In this document: piece by piece, positions 63,244-64,000 of the stretch
Numbering within the stretch: the first letter of the stretch is position 1
How the letters are laid out: each line of letters begins with the position of its first letter
Source of the DNA: Bigelowiella natans CCMP2755
Taxonomy: Eukaryota; Protista; Cercozoa
Assembly (NCBI GenBank): GCA_000320545.1
Contig: ADNK01003292.1
Location: forward strand, 1-64,000
Direction of reading: 5' to 3'
DNA length: 64,000 nucleotides
Notes under the pieces: model-generated
The model's database searches: none
The model's input: only the letters and a program-made list of their open reading frames with translations
Told to the model about the DNA's origin: nothing
Position numbers and translations under genes: made by a program

Positions 63244-64000
63244 GTGTGTGCACAGAGCTCCAAGAATCGTGATTGCGACTATTGGTATCATTACGAATCG
63301 CCTGATATCTGTTTAATACAAGACTTCGACAGCTACCAAGAAAGGCTGAGAACACAAGTTGTAGACGACGACCCTGACTCCAATGTCCTTCCCTCCCCCA
63401 ACAAGCCGCCGGCCTCCTCCTCCTCCTCCTCCTCCCCCACCCCCCATTCTTCGTCTAAGACAGAAGAATGGTATGAAGGAAAGGTATTGCTCCTCTTCCG
63501 ATTACCCGGATGATGCTAGTTACGAAGTGCAACGGCGCTTATGAATATATGACATGCCTCGTGTGTTGATCCCTGCACGCAAAATACAGCATAACCTTCC
63601 AACCGAATGAGTAGTCAATTGTATTCTCGCTCACACCAGATGATAGAGGTGCTCGACACCGCTAAAAAATGGCTTCCGGCTGAGGTGCTGAAGGTGAAAA
63701 AGAGGAAAGGGGGAGGGCATATGCTCTTTGTGAGTTATGAGAATTGGGATTCCAGGTCAATAGTGATGATGATGGTGATGATGATGGTGATGATGATGGT
63801 ATGGATCGGTGCTAGACACTAAGAGCAACCCAATTACGATCACAAAAGAAGAAGCAGCAGCAGCACGGCAGATAGGGGGGGGGAGTACTCGGGAAATGCC
63901 AAACTCAACATTGCATGAAAACCCATCTTCGAGAGGAAAGGGGAGGGGGGGGGGGGGGGAGAGGGGACGCTTCTGCCACCTTGTGGAAGATGCAAAGTTG
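61249..64000 (+). CDS. UBA + repeated Tudor/Agenet/MBT-like (royal family) domain protein; multi-exon, continues beyond the window
   Basis: LVAKLSAMGFSENDCRKALKST/NYIEQEAVNILL (UBA). FEKGNFLDCRDKYGMWLEAEVV/VLIHYNNWDSKWDEWIP. Second repeat MIEVLDTAKKWLPAEVL...LFVSYENWDS. Confidence 0.75.
61358..61569 (+). repeat. Intronic minisatellite, 53-bp unit x 4
   Basis: ggaagaatattctcgaaatccttcactcaacatttctgcactccataatcatt at 61358, 61411, 61464 and 61517, with no spacers. Confidence 0.95.

Overview
Eukaryotic nuclear DNA from an intron-rich, flagellate alga with a secondary plastid of green origin. A chlorarachniophyte is the best guess, inferred from a green-type Alb3 with a bipartite leader and from Hydin. 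Genes in order: UBA/NZF/RBR E3 ligase (+), Alb3 (-), SGT1/HPAT-like glycosyltransferase (+), atypical Arf-like GTPase (-), Hydin (+, one 11.5-kb exon), a hypermutated U-box/SAM ORF (+), a polycystin-like REJ-GPS receptor (-), GNB1L/ASA1 WD40 (+), an EEP-family nuclease/phosphatase (-), a probable mitoribosomal mS26 (-), a multi-TM class-3 lipase (+), and a UBA-Tudor-repeat protein (+, runs off the end). The main discovery is a set of patches lying 3' of genes in which TpA has been converted to TpG/CpA, i.e. A:T->G:C on both strands. In 35821-38360 (2.5 kb) I count only 6 TA dinucleotides, all within CTAG. The 525-codon U-box ORF there has no Tyr, and conserved Tyr/Ile/Leu positions read His/Cys/Met/Ser. 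Duplicated segments and a ~70-bp dispersed element differ largely by TA<->TG/CA. This looks like a targeted adenine hypermutation system, the mirror image of fungal RIP. All counts were made by eye, and exon boundaries are manual predictions.
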